A stretch of DNA of 64,000 nt from Nitrosomonas sp. (GCA_021604405.1 BQJA01000002.1:25386-89385), one strand, 5' to 3'. Shown: positions 9,826-21,956, numbered from the stretch's first letter. Numbers and translations are program-made. The notes: a model not told the origin generated them from the letters alone.

Positions 9826-10851
9826 ATGGCACGAAATGACAAACCAAGCGACCATCAATCTGCGCATCTACCGCCTGTGATTTTGTTAATGGGTCCCACT
9901 GCCAGCGGAAAAAGCAATGTCGCCCTGGAAGTTGCCAAGCGCCTGCCGGTTGAAATTGTCAGCGTTGACTCTGCTCAAGTTTACCGGCATATGAATATAG
10001 GTACCGCCAAGCCTACGGCGGCAACATTAAAAACGGTGCCCCATCATCTGGTTAATTTAATTGATCCTAACCAGCGATATTCGGCTGCTGAATTCCGCAT
10101 GGATGCATTAAAAAAAATTGGCGAGATTACTGCACGACGCAAAATCCCATTACTCGTTGGCGGCACCATGCTTTATTTTCACGCGTTACAGCAAGGACTT
10201 TCCGAACTTCCGCCCGCTAATGAAGAAATACGCCTGACGATAGAAGAAATGGCGAAAAAGCTTGGCTGGTCCGCGATGCATACAACGCTCAGCACACTTG
10301 ATCCAACCATCGCGATCCGTATCAAACCAACCGATACCCAACGTATCCAACGCGCTCTGGAAGTCTGCTATGTTACCAACCAACCGATGTCTGAAATTCA
10401 ACAAAAAACCAAAGCACCCAATCTTCCATACCAAGGCATTAATATTGCGCTAATACCCAGCGATCGCAGCATACTGCATCAGCGCATCGTCCGGCGTTTT
10501 CGGGACATGATCAGAAATGGCTTAATTGATGAAGTCCATTCCATTCGTCAGCGATTCCACGTTAATGTCGCATCCCCAGCGATGCGTTGCGTCGGATATC
10601 GGCAAACCTGGCTTTACCTGGACAACAAAATTAATTTGACCCAATTAGAAGAGATGGGCGCTGCCGCGACCCGCCAATTGGCAAAAAGACAATTAACGTG
10701 GTTGCGAAAAATGCAAACTGATGAGTTGAATACATTTGACTGCCTGGCAGAGGATCTGTCAGATCGCGTTCTGGCGCTATTACAAACGATAAAGTTCGAT
10801 GTCGTTACAAACCATAATCACAAAACCAGCTCAGTCCAGCATAACCAATGA
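9826..10851 (+). CDS. miaA: tRNA dimethylallyltransferase
   Basis: GPTASGKS, SVDSAQVY, VGGTMLY, AKRQLTW motifs. Confidence 0.97.
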   Translation: MARNDKPSDHQSAHLPPVILLMGPTASGKSNVALEVAKRLPVEIVSVDSAQVYRHMNIGTAKPTAATLKTVPHHLVNLIDPNQRYSAAEFRMDALKKIGEITARRKIPLLVGGTMLYFHALQQGLSELPPANEEIRLTIEEMAKKLGWSAMHTTLSTLDPTIAIRIKPTDTQRIQRALEVCYVTNQPMSEIQQKTKAPNLPYQGINIALIPSDRSILHQRIVRRFRDMIRNGLIDEVHSIRQRFHVNVASPAMRCVGYRQTWLYLDNKINLTQLEEMGAAATRQLAKRQLTWLRKMQTDELNTFDCLAEDLSDRVLALLQTIKFDVVTNHNHKTSSVQHNQ

Positions 10852-10942
10852 AGCCGTACCCGCAAGCTGGATTAAAAAAAGCAACACCGCTTATTTATCG
10901 CTTATCCGAATAAATTTCGCGTTCATTCAGCTTTCAACCGAA

Positions 10943-11851
10943 TCAAACATGGCGATCCCAATAAGGTACGGCTCCAATCCGCTCCGCAAAAAAATCGATA
11001 AAAACCCGAATTTTTGCAGGCAAGTAGCGGCTAGGAAAGTAACTTGCATAAATATACCGGTCCACGGGGATATATTCAGACAATACTGCTTGTAATTTCC
11101 CCCTTTGCAGGTCCCTTCCAACGGTAAAGGTAGGCAGCAAAGCAACCCCCAGTCCACCGAGAACAGCCTGAGAAAGCGCATCATCATCATTAATACGCAA
11201 CGTCCCCGACACTGGAACCGAAATCTCACCTGCAGGCCCGATAAAGCGCCAATAACCTTGCTCGCCCGACAAGGTATAATCAAGACAATTATGCACAACC
11301 AAATCTTCCGGGGTTTTCGGCACCCCATGCTGCTGGAAATACTTTGGCGTCGCACACAATATACGACGTGCCGGCGCAAGCTTACGCGCCGCAAGGTTGA
11401 CGTCTGGTTCGTTAGTAACACGTATCAGCACATCATAGCCTTCTTCCACCAAATCCACATGATGGTCGGTAATCGTTAAATCAATGCGGATCTTAGGATA
11501 TTGCTCGAGAAAATCAGCAAGTGCCGGTGCAACATGAAGTGTACCAAAAGCAACTGATGCACTTACCTTTAACAGTCCTTGCGGTTCAGCTTGCAAACTG
11601 TTTACCACACGTTCAGCTTGTTCTGCCTCTTCCAGTATCCGCACCGAATATTCGGCGAACGCCGCACCCGCTTCAGTCAAGCTGAGATGTCGGGTGCTTC
11701 GGTTAAGTAGCCGCGTGCTTAAATCTTTTTCAAGCTTGGCAACGGCTTTACTTACAGCTGAGCGGGAGATATCCAAACGTCGTGCCGCTTCAGAGAAACT
11801 TCCCGCTTCTACGACACGAGCAAAAATTACAATATGATTTAAATCTTGCAT
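10943..11851 (-). CDS. LysR-type regulator, CrgA/DmlR-like
   Basis: HTH FARVVEAGSFSEAARRL, RLLNRSTR, CrgA-type PBP2 domain. Confidence 0.95.
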   Translation of the reverse strand: MQDLNHIVIFARVVEAGSFSEAARRLDISRSAVSKAVAKLEKDLSTRLLNRSTRHLSLTEAGAAFAEYSVRILEEAEQAERVVNSLQAEPQGLLKVSASVAFGTLHVAPALADFLEQYPKIRIDLTITDHHVDLVEEGYDVLIRVTNEPDVNLAARKLAPARRILCATPKYFQQHGVPKTPEDLVVHNCLDYTLSGEQGYWRFIGPAGEISVPVSGTLRINDDDALSQAVLGGLGVALLPTFTVGRDLQRGKLQAVLSEYIPVDRYIYASYFPSRYLPAKIRVFIDFFAERIGAVPYWDRHV

Positions 11852-11860
11852 AATCTTCGG

Positions 11861-11883
11861 ATTGTTTCCACAGAAGAAACAAT
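11861..11883. promoter_or_regulatory. LTTR operator ATTGTTTC-N7-GAAACAAT containing T-N11-A
   Basis: Perfect 8-bp inverted repeat 10 bp upstream of the LysR start codon. Confidence 0.7.
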
Positions 11884-12152
11884 GTTATTCGAATTTTAGT
11901 ACTTATCATTTATTTTGAAGTTGTATATTATTTCATCCCAATGAGTCGCATTAAACAATATTTACCAATTTTTATTAAGTTACGGACAGCATACAATTTA
12001 TATACCAAGGTAATTTTGTTACGCTTGACGCGATCAATTGATTAGGCATTGGATAATTCGTGCGGTTATTGTCAACCATGAAGAGCACACTAGCACAGCG
12101 CTATTTTGACTAAATTGTATTGCAAACCACTTTCTAATAGGAGCGAAAACTT

Positions 12153-12503
12153 ATGAAAACGAAGATAATGATACTTGCCGTTACCATTATGTTCACTTCA
12201 GCAAGTGCAATGGCTGACGGATATTGGCATAAGTTAAAAGTTCAAGCGGTCGCCCTGCAAGAATTAAACGATTGCAAATTAGTGGGCGAAGTCGTTGGAA
12301 GCTCAGGTTATGGCAAAACCACCAAATCAATTTGGAGAAATAAAGCGAAACACAAAGCCTTGAAACATGCGGCAGATCTGAATGCGACACATGTCGCGTG
12401 GGAAGACGATTCAACAGGATATGGTTCAGGCCGTTTTGTTTCCGGAAAGGCTTTTGTCTGTAACGATTCAAACACGATAGTTAAAGCATCCGCAGCGAAG
12501 TGA
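12153..12503 (+). CDS. Secreted DUF4156-like small protein (paralog A)
   Basis: AGGAG RBS, signal peptide, C-x-x-VG-x-V...LNATH...GKAFVC pattern; 55/83 identical to 14344-14664 over the mature region (hand count). Confidence 0.85.
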   Translation: MKTKIMILAVTIMFTSASAMADGYWHKLKVQAVALQELNDCKLVGEVVGSSGYGKTTKSIWRNKAKHKALKHAADLNATHVAWEDDSTGYGSGRFVSGKAFVCNDSNTIVKASAAK

Positions 12504-12529
12504 GTAATGTTTTGTTACTCCGAGGGGGA

Positions 12530-12556
12530 TGGGCAGAAAAACAGTTTTTCTGCCCA
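12530..12556. terminator. Hairpin between convergent genes, probable bidirectional terminator
   Basis: TGGGCAGAAAAA-CAG-TTTTTCTGCCCA, a perfect 12-bp stem. Confidence 0.7.
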
Positions 12557-12568
12557 GACACCTTTACC

Positions 12569-13795
12569 TTAAAACCGGAAAATGCCGCTGATGGACAGCA
12601 ACACTTGGCTATCTTTATTACCATCGTCAAACGCATTGCCGTTGCTATTACGATCGTATCTGACTTCAGGACGTATAGTGAAGCCAGCGATTGGCGTGTA
12701 ATTCACGCCACCCGTTACAGCCCAGAAGTTTTGTTTAAGGCCATTACCCAGCACCCTGACCCCATCATCGTCATGGAACCATTCTCCGCGAATACCAGCG
12801 CTTAAGTTATGAAGAATGTCATAAAATAGATACTGATTAACGCCGTACCATTGCGAAGAACCGGCAAAAGCCGTGCTTTCTTCAACACCTAGATCATGCT
12901 GCAGCACATAATGCAACCTGTCGGTAAAATCATGCTCCAATACTATGCTGTACATGGTGCGATTGTGGTCGTCTTTGACGCCAAGACCGTTGGTTCTTAC
13001 GTCACCTGTGATCAAGGAAGCAGTTACTGACGTTACCTCATCATCTGTGGAATAGGCGACACTACCCAGAAAATTGGCTGGCTGATCAAAGTTTGAATCC
13101 CAGCCGGTTACAACCCCGCCCGTCACCTCAATATTGTCATTAATTGCATAAGACAACAAAGCGCCCGTATGCGTAAATGGTTCACCATATTGCATAGTGT
13201 AGGCATGCGAGAAAAAGAAGTTACCCGTGGACGGAACCACTTCATAACCAATCAGGGTATAAAAATGACCAACCTTTGCAGTAATACCATTACCCCACGG
13301 CACGAAGATCTCCCCATATACCTGTGGGAAAGCTAAGTTTTTGTCGTTGGTGGTGCCCAGAACATTAGTATCGAAATTGTTTGCCGTTGTAAACCGGGCA
13401 TCAGTTCCGTACAACAGATCAGCACGAAAACCAAAACTGATCGTATCTGTCGTTCTGTCTGCTTCGCGCTCAATAAAGCCATAAACCTGATGCAGCCTGA
13501 AGTTATTTGGTTTTTCATTAAAGGTAACAGGCCCGTTGGTTCCAGCAGGATCTCTGGGATTGCCTGCAAAACCAATTTCAGTCCAGCCACCGAATTTAAC
13601 GCCCAGTGATTGCATGAAGTTTGTTTCGTTATAATTAAATCCCGTCAAGCTTTCAACCAGCCCCTTGTCGAGGGGCTCATACGTTTGATGCGTTTCATGC
13701 CCATATTCTGATTCCGCATAGGCATACGGGGAAAGTAAAAATGCGCCGCATAAAGCCAGCGACATTTTTTTCAGTTTCTTATGATGAGCTAGCAA
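12569..13795 (-). CDS. Outer-membrane beta-barrel porin, BBP2/DUF1597-like
   Basis: GHFYTLIGYEVV...FFSHAYTMQYGEPFTHTG family pattern, amphipathic strands, terminal Phe (GIFRF). Likely start is TTG at 13795 behind GGAGG; the ORF extends to 13963. Confidence 0.85.
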   Translation of the reverse strand: MLAHHKKLKKMSLALCGAFLLSPYAYAESEYGHETHQTYEPLDKGLVESLTGFNYNETNFMQSLGVKFGGWTEIGFAGNPRDPAGTNGPVTFNEKPNNFRLHQVYGFIEREADRTTDTISFGFRADLLYGTDARFTTANNFDTNVLGTTNDKNLAFPQVYGEIFVPWGNGITAKVGHFYTLIGYEVVPSTGNFFFSHAYTMQYGEPFTHTGALLSYAINDNIEVTGGVVTGWDSNFDQPANFLGSVAYSTDDEVTSVTASLITGDVRTNGLGVKDDHNRTMYSIVLEHDFTDRLHYVLQHDLGVEESTAFAGSSQWYGVNQYLFYDILHNLSAGIRGEWFHDDDGVRVLGNGLKQNFWAVTGGVNYTPIAGFTIRPEVRYDRNSNGNAFDDGNKDSQVLLSISGIFRF

Positions 13796-14050
13796 AACGT
13801 AAACCTCCATTCTATTGGTAATTTCTTGGAAACATAAACGATGTGCCAACGCACACCTCCCTAAAACTGATCTGAATGTACAAGGAAAAACCTTGCCATG
13901 CACGAGGTAAAGATTACTTAACGCTGGAACGACATGCAAACAGTTTAGTGCTTTTTGCGTCAATTGCTCAACATTTTAGACAATATTCGTCTCTTAAATG
14001 AGACAGTCATGACGTCGAAAGACTGTTTCTAACCTAACCTCACGATCCCA

Positions 14051-14072
14051 TCTTAACAAAACTGTCACAAAT
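14051..14072 (+). promoter_or_regulatory. Possible Pho-box-like (OmpR/PhoB family) 11-bp-spaced repeat
   Basis: TCTTAACAAAA-CTGTCACAAAT; the second half-site is a perfect CTGTCAC, the first is degenerate. Confidence 0.3.
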
Positions 14073-14290
14073 TTTTAGTAAGAAATTCACCGCAACCCGA
14101 ATGGTACGCGCGAGAAGCAATCGAACGGATACAGGCTCTAAAGGCTTTTTTCTGCGCAGACAGTATGAAAAAATCCACGAATCAAAATACTAACTCCGTA
14201 CGGCACAGGTGCCAGAATGAACAGGAAATACTGCAGAGGCGGCGTAAATATATTGCCAAAGCCGTTGCTTTAATTTAGCATATACATTAC

Positions 14291-14320
14291 TTTACCAAGT
14301 ACTCTACCAAGTTGACTACC
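14291..14320 (+). repeat. Three TACC-core direct repeats with 12-bp period
   Basis: TTTACCAAGTAC-TCTACCAAGTTG-ACTACC just upstream of the paralog B RBS. Confidence 0.4.
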
Positions 14321-14343
14321 TGAAAAGTAAAGGAGCAAAACTC

Positions 14344-14664
14344 ATGAAAACAAGGACCACCATAATTCTGGCCATTGTAACTTTGTTCACGTCAACAAAC
14401 ATTATTGCCGAGGGATATTGGCAGAAATTTAATATTCAAGAAGCCACGTTACAAGACGTTAAAGATTGCAGACTTGTGGGTGAAGTTGAGGGACATTCAA
14501 GCTACGGAAAAACCACCAAGCAAATCTGGAAAGAAAAAGCGAAACATGAAGCCATGAAGCACGCGGATGAGCTTAATGCAACGCATATTGTGTGGAGTGA
14601 TGACTCCACTGGATACGGATCAGGACGTTTTGTTTCCGGTAACGCCTATATCTGCAACAAGTGA
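14344..14664 (+). CDS. Secreted DUF4156-like small protein (paralog B)
   Basis: AAGGAG RBS, signal peptide, two Cys; paralog of 12153-12503. Confidence 0.85.
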   Translation: MKTRTTIILAIVTLFTSTNIIAEGYWQKFNIQEATLQDVKDCRLVGEVEGHSSYGKTTKQIWKEKAKHEAMKHADELNATHIVWSDDSTGYGSGRFVSGNAYICNK

Positions 14665-14811
14665 AATAACAAAAAAGTTTGCAGGCTGAAACTTTACGCA
14701 ATTAACAGGTCGGTTCGAATGAAACAAAAGTAACATCCATCGAAGACAAAGATTGCAGTCTGGTCGGATGCAGACAGAAAAAAGCATCAACCAGACGTAA
14801 GGTATAGATTA

Positions 14812-15924
14812 TCATTCAGAAAAAAATTCACGTGCTTTTTCCATCCACGATTTATGACGCGGACTGTGACGGGAATTATCTTTCTGACTCAACTCTTCCA
14901 GCTCCTGCAGCAATTCCTTTTGGCGCGCCGTCAATTTAACCGGCGTCTCAATTGCGACATGGCACAGGAGATCACCATTAGCATGACTGCGCACGCCTTT
15001 TATGCCCTTGCCGCGTAATCGAAAAATCTTACCCGTTTGCGTTTCCGGTGATATTTTTATTTTCGCATGGCCATCGAGCGTAGGGACTTCAATCTCTCCA
15101 CCGAGCGCAGCCGTACCGAAGCTTATCGGTATCTCACAATGCAAATCGTTACCATCGCGCTGAAATACTGAATGGCTGGCCAAATGAATCACGACATAAA
15201 GATCGCCGGGCGGGCCACCGTTAGTTCCTGCCTCACCTTCGCTAGACAAGCGGATGCGATCACCATCATCAACGCCAGCGGGTATTTTCACCGACAATGT
15301 TTTATGGTGCTTGACGCGTCCCGATCCACCGCAGGTTGCGCAAGGATTGGCGATAATTTTTCCGTTGCCGTGGCATTTTGGACAGGTTTGCTGAATTGAA
15401 AAAAAACCCTGCTGCATTCTTACCTGCCCATGGCCGTGGCATGTCGGACAAGTTTTGGGTGACGTCCCGGGTTTTGCGCCATCCCCATGACAATTTTCAC
15501 AGGTTTCCATCGCCGGTATACGGATTTTAGTCTCGGTTCCCCGCGCGGCTTGCTCTAACGAAATTTCCAGGTTATAACGTAAATCAGCGCCACGATGAAT
15601 ATTGGATCGTCCGGCGCGGCCGCCGAAGATATCACCAAAAATATCGCTAAAAGCATCGCCAAACCCATGATGCGAACCCCCTGCACCACCGCCACTCGCC
15701 TCGACACCTGCGTGACCATACTGGTCATACGCTGCCCGCTTATTTGGATCAGCCAGAACTTCGTAAGCTTCTTTGGCCTCCTTGAACAACTCTTCGGATT
15801 TGGTATTCCCTGAATTCCGATCCGGATGATGTTTCATCGCCAGTCTTCGGTAGGCCTTTTTTATTTCACTTTCATCGGCCCCACGATCCACACCGAGAAC
15901 CTCATAATAATCACGTTTACTCAT
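14812..15924 (-). CDS. dnaJ: Chaperone DnaJ
   Basis: J-domain HPD, G/F region, four CxxCxGxG repeats. Confidence 0.98.
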   Translation of the reverse strand: MSKRDYYEVLGVDRGADESEIKKAYRRLAMKHHPDRNSGNTKSEELFKEAKEAYEVLADPNKRAAYDQYGHAGVEASGGGAGGSHHGFGDAFSDIFGDIFGGRAGRSNIHRGADLRYNLEISLEQAARGTETKIRIPAMETCENCHGDGAKPGTSPKTCPTCHGHGQVRMQQGFFSIQQTCPKCHGNGKIIANPCATCGGSGRVKHHKTLSVKIPAGVDDGDRIRLSSEGEAGTNGGPPGDLYVVIHLASHSVFQRDGNDLHCEIPISFGTAALGGEIEVPTLDGHAKIKISPETQTGKIFRLRGKGIKGVRSHANGDLLCHVAIETPVKLTARQKELLQELEELSQKDNSRHSPRHKSWMEKAREFFSE

Positions 15925-15998
15925 AACTGTTTCCTACTGCCATTGCATAAGAAGCCACTGATCTTAGAAGATTTTTTCATCATTGCGTGTTATACGTC

Positions 15999-16054
15999 AA
16001 AACGCAGAGAACTCGAAGAGCTGACACGGACTCCCTTCGGCGTCTCTGCGTTTT
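15999..16054 (-). terminator. Long hairpin between dnaK and dnaJ
   Basis: AAAACGCAGAGA (15999-16010) and TCTCTGCGTTTT (16043-16054) form a perfect 12-bp stem plus inner pairing, 16 bp after the dnaK stop. Confidence 0.65.
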
Positions 16055-16070
16055 AGCACAGATCAGAAAA

Positions 16071-18023
16071 TTATTTTTTGTTTTTTACTTCCTCAAATTC
16101 TGCATCAACCACCTCACCTTCGACTGTTTTTTCGCCTTTATCGGATGAAGACGAGGACGAAGATGACTCAGCACCCGCTGACTCATGCTGGGCTTGTTGT
16201 GCCTGATCCTGACTATACATTTTCTCAGCAAGCTTATGCGAAGCCTCGGTTAGCGCCTGAGTTTTTGCCTCAATGGTTTCTTTGTCATTGGACTTGATGG
16301 CTTCTTCAGCATCTTTCAAAGCAGTCTCAATCTTGGACTTTTCATCACCTTCCAATTTGTCGCCATGCTCCGCTAATGATTTCTTCACCGAATGGATCAT
16401 GGCATCGCACTGATTCCGGCTGGAAACCAACTCAAATGCTTTATGATCTTCCTCGGCATGCGCTTCCGCATCTTTAACCATACGTTCGACTTCATCATCT
16501 GACAAGCCAGAACTTGCCTGGATTTTTATTTTATTTTCTTTACCGGTCGCTTTGTCTTTAGCAGATACATGCAGAATGCCATTCGCGTCAATATCAAAAA
16601 TTACTTCAATTTGTGGCATACCGCGAGGCGCTGGCGGAATATCTGTCAAGTTGAACTGCCCCAGACTTTTATTGCCAGAAGCCATTTCGCGCTCACCCTG
16701 CAACACATGAATTGTGACCGCAGACTGATTATCATCAGCGGTTGAAAACACCTGGTTCGCTTTGGTTGGGATAGTCGTATTTTTCTGAATCAACTTTGTC
16801 ATCACGCCGCCCAAGGTTTCAATACCCAGCGACAGTGGTGTCACATCCAACAGCAACACATCCTTTACGTCACCCTGCAACACACCGCCTTGAATCGCTG
16901 CACCAACCGCGACCGCCTCATCCGGATTCACATCCTTGCGCGGCTCCTTATTAAAAATTTCTTTAACTTTCTCTTGCGCCATAGGCATGCGTGTCTGTCC
17001 ACCCACCAGAATGACATCATCAATATCTGATGCAGAAAGACCCGCATCTTTAAGCGCAACACGACAAGGCTCAACGGTACGTTCAATCAGGTCTTCAACC
17101 AAGCTTTCCAATTTGGCACGGGTAATTTTTACTGCCAAATGTTTTGGACCCGACGCATCGGCCGTAACATAAGGCAGGTTAACTTCAGTCTGCTGGCTGG
17201 ATGAAAGCTCGATTTTGGCTTTTTCCGCTGCATCCTTCAACCGCTGTAATGCAAGCATATCGCTTTTCAAGTCGATGCCATTGTCTTTCTTGAATTCATC
17301 AACGAGATATTCGATAACGCGAAGATCAAAATCCTCACCACCAAGAAATGTATCGCCATTGGTTGCCAAAACTTCAAATTGATGCTCACCTTCCACTTCA
17401 GCAATTTCAATAATCGAAATATCAAAAGTGCCGCCGCCAAGATCGTAAACCGCAATTTTTCGATCCCCTTGTTTTTTATCCATGCCAAAAGCCAATGCGG
17501 CGGCCGTAGGCTCATTAATAATGCGCTTAACTTCCAACCCGGCGATCCGCCCAGCATCTTTTGTCGCTTGACGCTGCGAATCATTAAAATAGGCTGGTAC
17601 AGTAATAACCGCTTCCTCCACAGACTCACCAAGATAATCCTCTGCGGTTTTTTTCATCTTCTTCAGTACTTGCGCTGAAACTTCAGGCGGCGCAATTTTT
17701 TTGCCTCGCACCTCAACCCACGCATCGTTATTGTCCGCTCTTATAATGCTATATGGCACCATTTTAATATCTTTTTGCACCACATCTTCGTCAAAGCGCC
17801 GCCCAATCAGACGTTTTATCGCAAACAACGTATTTTTCGGGTTCGTTACTGCCTGACGTTTCGCAGCAGCACCCACCAAAATCTCATTATCTTCTGTATA
17901 CGCAACAATGGAGGGCGTCGTACGCGTACCCTCAGCATTTTCAATGACTTTGGGTTTGCCATTCTCTATAACGGAAACACATGAGTTGGTGGTACCTAGA
18001 TCAATACCAATAATTTTTGCCAT
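16071..18023 (-). CDS. dnaK: Chaperone DnaK (Hsp70)
   Basis: [33 protein letters not shown]. Confidence 0.99.
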   Translation of the reverse strand: MAKIIGIDLGTTNSCVSVIENGKPKVIENAEGTRTTPSIVAYTEDNEILVGAAAKRQAVTNPKNTLFAIKRLIGRRFDEDVVQKDIKMVPYSIIRADNNDAWVEVRGKKIAPPEVSAQVLKKMKKTAEDYLGESVEEAVITVPAYFNDSQRQATKDAGRIAGLEVKRIINEPTAAALAFGMDKKQGDRKIAVYDLGGGTFDISIIEIAEVEGEHQFEVLATNGDTFLGGEDFDLRVIEYLVDEFKKDNGIDLKSDMLALQRLKDAAEKAKIELSSSQQTEVNLPYVTADASGPKHLAVKITRAKLESLVEDLIERTVEPCRVALKDAGLSASDIDDVILVGGQTRMPMAQEKVKEIFNKEPRKDVNPDEAVAVGAAIQGGVLQGDVKDVLLLDVTPLSLGIETLGGVMTKLIQKNTTIPTKANQVFSTADDNQSAVTIHVLQGEREMASGNKSLGQFNLTDIPPAPRGMPQIEVIFDIDANGILHVSAKDKATGKENKIKIQASSGLSDDEVERMVKDAEAHAEEDHKAFELVSSRNQCDAMIHSVKKSLAEHGDKLEGDEKSKIETALKDAEEAIKSNDKETIEAKTQALTEASHKLAEKMYSQDQAQQAQHESAGAESSSSSSSSDKGEKTVEGEVVDAEFEEVKNKK

Positions 18024-18070
18024 AATTGGATCCTTTTAAAGATTATTTTTGCCGATTAACCGATATCTAT

Positions 18071-18098
18071 AAATGGTGATAAATACCATAGTTTCAAG
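18071..18098 (-). promoter_or_regulatory. sigma32 (RpoH) promoter for dnaK
   Basis: CTTGAAA-N13-CACCATTT on the minus strand; the -35 overlaps the grpE stop codon. Confidence 0.7.
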
Positions 18099-18675
18099 TA
18101 TCTTTTGTTTTCGAGACCGATACCAACGCCGGACGAATAACGCGGTCATGCAACATGCAGCCTTTTTGCATGACTTGGGTTACGGTATTCGGTGCGAGAT
18201 CAGAATCCACCGTACATATCGCCTGGTGCTGGTGTGGATCAAATTTCTCACCAGCGGGATCAATCATTTTGATATTAAATTTTTCGAAAACAGTGGCAAG
18301 TTGCTTGCGCGTTAATTCCATACCGTTTTTGAAATTCTCCACCGTTGCATTTTCGACGGCCAGCGCCGCATCAAGACTGTCCATTACGGCCAGCAATTCA
18401 GCGGAAAAATTTTCTATCGCATATTTGTGCGCATTCGCCACGTCTGCCTGAGCCCGTCTGCGGATATTTTCTGCATCCGCTTTTGCGCGCAACCAAGCAT
18501 CATGGTGTTCAGCGGCTTTCAACTCCGCATTTTTCAGCAATTCTTCAAGATTAGCGTGCGTCTCATCGGCTGTCTCTGTAGTCTCATTCGTCGCGGTTTT
18601 CTGTGCGTCCACTGTATTCGAAGTCTCGCCAGATTCCGGTTGATTTGTTTGTAAATTTTGCGGGTCGTGCATCAT
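18094..18675 (-). CDS. grpE: Nucleotide exchange factor GrpE
   Basis: [31 protein letters not shown]. Confidence 0.97.
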   Translation of the reverse strand: MMHDPQNLQTNQPESGETSNTVDAQKTATNETTETADETHANLEELLKNAELKAAEHHDAWLRAKADAENIRRRAQADVANAHKYAIENFSAELLAVMDSLDAALAVENATVENFKNGMELTRKQLATVFEKFNIKMIDPAGEKFDPHQHQAICTVDSDLAPNTVTQVMQKGCMLHDRVIRPALVSVSKTKDT

Positions 18676-18698
18676 GCCTCCTAATAACTATGCGTCGG

Positions 18699-18727
18699 AT
18701 ATTGGGGTGGTTTTTTTGGATTTCAAG
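18699..18727 (-). promoter_or_regulatory. sigma32 (RpoH) promoter for grpE
   Basis: CTTGAAA-N13-CCCCAATAT on the minus strand, 24 bp upstream of the start. Confidence 0.8.
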
Positions 18728-18858
18728 CGAAAAGAACAAAATTTGTTCGAATATGTAGCCGGCATTGCCAGTTAACCAACCATAACCCTTAGCAATATCA
18801 TATAAAATTTAATAAACACATCGTTGATGTTCTTCACCCGCGATGAAATTTATCGAAA

Positions 18859-20271
<1,413 letters not shown>

Positions 20272-20421
20272 TTATCACGGCAACCGCCTTGTATCACATC
20301 AACCGCAAGACAAAACTGCCAAATCAATTATCGCATCTACCCTATCAATCTAATATCAAGAAAAATTCAGCAAATTATGGAAATATGAAACATTAAACCG
20401 GAAAACTCATGAACGCCATCA

Positions 20422-21501
20422 TTATGCTGTAATCACGCCGCCACCCAAACAAACGTTGCTTTCATAAATTACTACCGACTGCCCTGGCGCCACCGCCCAT
20501 TGCGGCTGCGCAAAATTGACTTCACAGGATGCATCATGGAAACGCGCGATAGCACAGGGCGCATCAGATTGACGGTAACGAATTTTAGCCGCATATACCC
20601 AATTACAGTGTGGTCTCTTGCCACTGACCCAAGTAAGGTCAACAGCCGTAAGCTGCGGACGTAGCAAATCGTGATGATCGTGACCTTGCACGACAATCAA
20701 GATATTTTCCGCCATTTTCTTGCCCGCCACAAACCACGGCGCACCACTGCCTTGCCGGGTGCCGCCTATCCCCAGTCCCTGTCGCTGTCCGATGGTGTAA
20801 TACATCAAACCAAGATGCCTGCCGACAACCTTCCCCGAAGGTGTTTGGATCTCGCCCGGCTCGTGTGGCAAGTAACGATTGAGAAAATCACGAAAAGGAC
20901 GCTCGCCGATAAAACAAATACCCGTACTGTCTTTTTTAGAAAAATTAGGCAATCTCTGTGCCCTGGCAATTTCGCGCACCTCACGTTTGTAAAGGTGACC
21001 CACGGGAAACAGCGTGCTGGCCAATTGTTTTTGTTTTAAGCGATAAAGAAAATAACTCTGATCCTTGTTACCATCCTCACCTTTTAACAGTTGATAGTGC
21101 CCATCAACTTTCCGTGTCAGTGCGTAGTGACCGGTCGCGATATAATCGGCACCCAGCTTGTTGGCATGATCAAGAAATGCCTTGAACTTAATTTCGGCAT
21201 TACACAATACATCGGGATTTGGTGTCCGTCCGGCCTGATATTCGGCGAGAAAATGACCAAAAACGCGGTCTTTGTATTCCTTGGAGAAATTGACCACTTC
21301 CAATGGAACATCGATGACATCCGCAACAGACGCCGCATCCAGAAAATCCTGCCGGGAAGAACAATAAGCTTCTGTATCATCATCTTCCCAGTTCTTCATA
21401 AACAAACCGATGACTTCGTGCCCCTGCTGCTTCAACAGATAGGCAGCGACAGATGAGTCGACACCACCCGACATGCCGACAATTACACGTTTTTTTTTCA
21501 T
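20422..21501 (-). CDS. mnmA: tRNA 2-thiouridylase MnmA
   Basis: [36 protein letters not shown]. Confidence 0.98.
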   Translation of the reverse strand: MKKKRVIVGMSGGVDSSVAAYLLKQQGHEVIGLFMKNWEDDDTEAYCSSRQDFLDAASVADVIDVPLEVVNFSKEYKDRVFGHFLAEYQAGRTPNPDVLCNAEIKFKAFLDHANKLGADYIATGHYALTRKVDGHYQLLKGEDGNKDQSYFLYRLKQKQLASTLFPVGHLYKREVREIARAQRLPNFSKKDSTGICFIGERPFRDFLNRYLPHEPGEIQTPSGKVVGRHLGLMYYTIGQRQGLGIGGTRQGSGAPWFVAGKKMAENILIVVQGHDHHDLLRPQLTAVDLTWVSGKRPHCNWVYAAKIRYRQSDAPCAIARFHDASCEVNFAQPQWAVAPGQSVVIYESNVCLGGGVITA

Positions 21502-21956
21502 TATTTTTCGTAGTGTGTAAGCAATTCCAGCGGATAACGTTTCCCTGCCTGGTCATCTTGTATGCATTGCATTACCAGTGGACTACGATGACGATGCAAA
21601 AGCTCTTGAATCTGATCGGCACTATACCAAACCGCCTGTATGATGCCATCATCAAGCGGCCGATTCGGATCATAATCGGAAGTATATCCGGAAAATGCAA
21701 AACGAAGATATGTCGTATCTTTGTCGCAACAATACCAGTGATAAATACCGACCAGAAACTGCGGAACAAAAGTATAGCCCGTTTCTTCCAATGTTTCCCG
21801 GATTGCGCCCTGGACAATGGATTCCCCTGGTTCCAGATGGCCTGCTGGCTGATTATAGACAGAATCCGGACCGGTAGATTGTACTTCTTCAACCAGCAGG
21901 TATTTCTCTTCTTGCTTAATAACTGCTGCAACCGTAACGTTTGGTTTCCAAATCAT
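21501..21956 (-). CDS. nudJ: Nudix hydrolase, NudJ/YmfB-like
   Basis: KPNVTVAAV, Nudix box [22 protein letters not shown]; TAATG overlap with mnmA. Confidence 0.85.
   Translation of the reverse strand: MIWKPNVTVAAVIKQEEKYLLVEEVQSTGPDSVYNQPAGHLEPGESIVQGAIRETLEETGYTFVPQFLVGIYHWYCCDKDTTYLRFAFSGYTSDYDPNRPLDDGIIQAVWYSADQIQELLHRHRSPLVMQCIQDDQAGKRYPLELLTHYEK

Noticed and set aside
10927-11421. 164-aa alternate-frame ORF inside the LysR gene
   Set aside because: Overlaps a well-supported gene on the same strand and has no motifs.
12025-12037. TTGAC-N3-ATCAA FNR-like sequence
   Set aside because: The spacer is 3 bp rather than the required 4.
13796-13963. N-terminal extension of the porin ORF (also long starts for cpoB, cbbL, ccpA and 39165-39503)
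   Set aside because: Downstream starts have a better RBS and/or restore a normal N-terminus or signal peptide.
13989-14029. Overlapping hairpins GTCTC/GAGAC and GAGACAGTC/GACTGTTTC upstream of the porin
   Set aside because: Short stems, no terminator tail, and they may lie outside the transcript.
16141-16170. Poly-Ser run in the DnaK tail as a tandem repeat
   Set aside because: Mixed codons; an ordinary disordered DnaK C-terminus.
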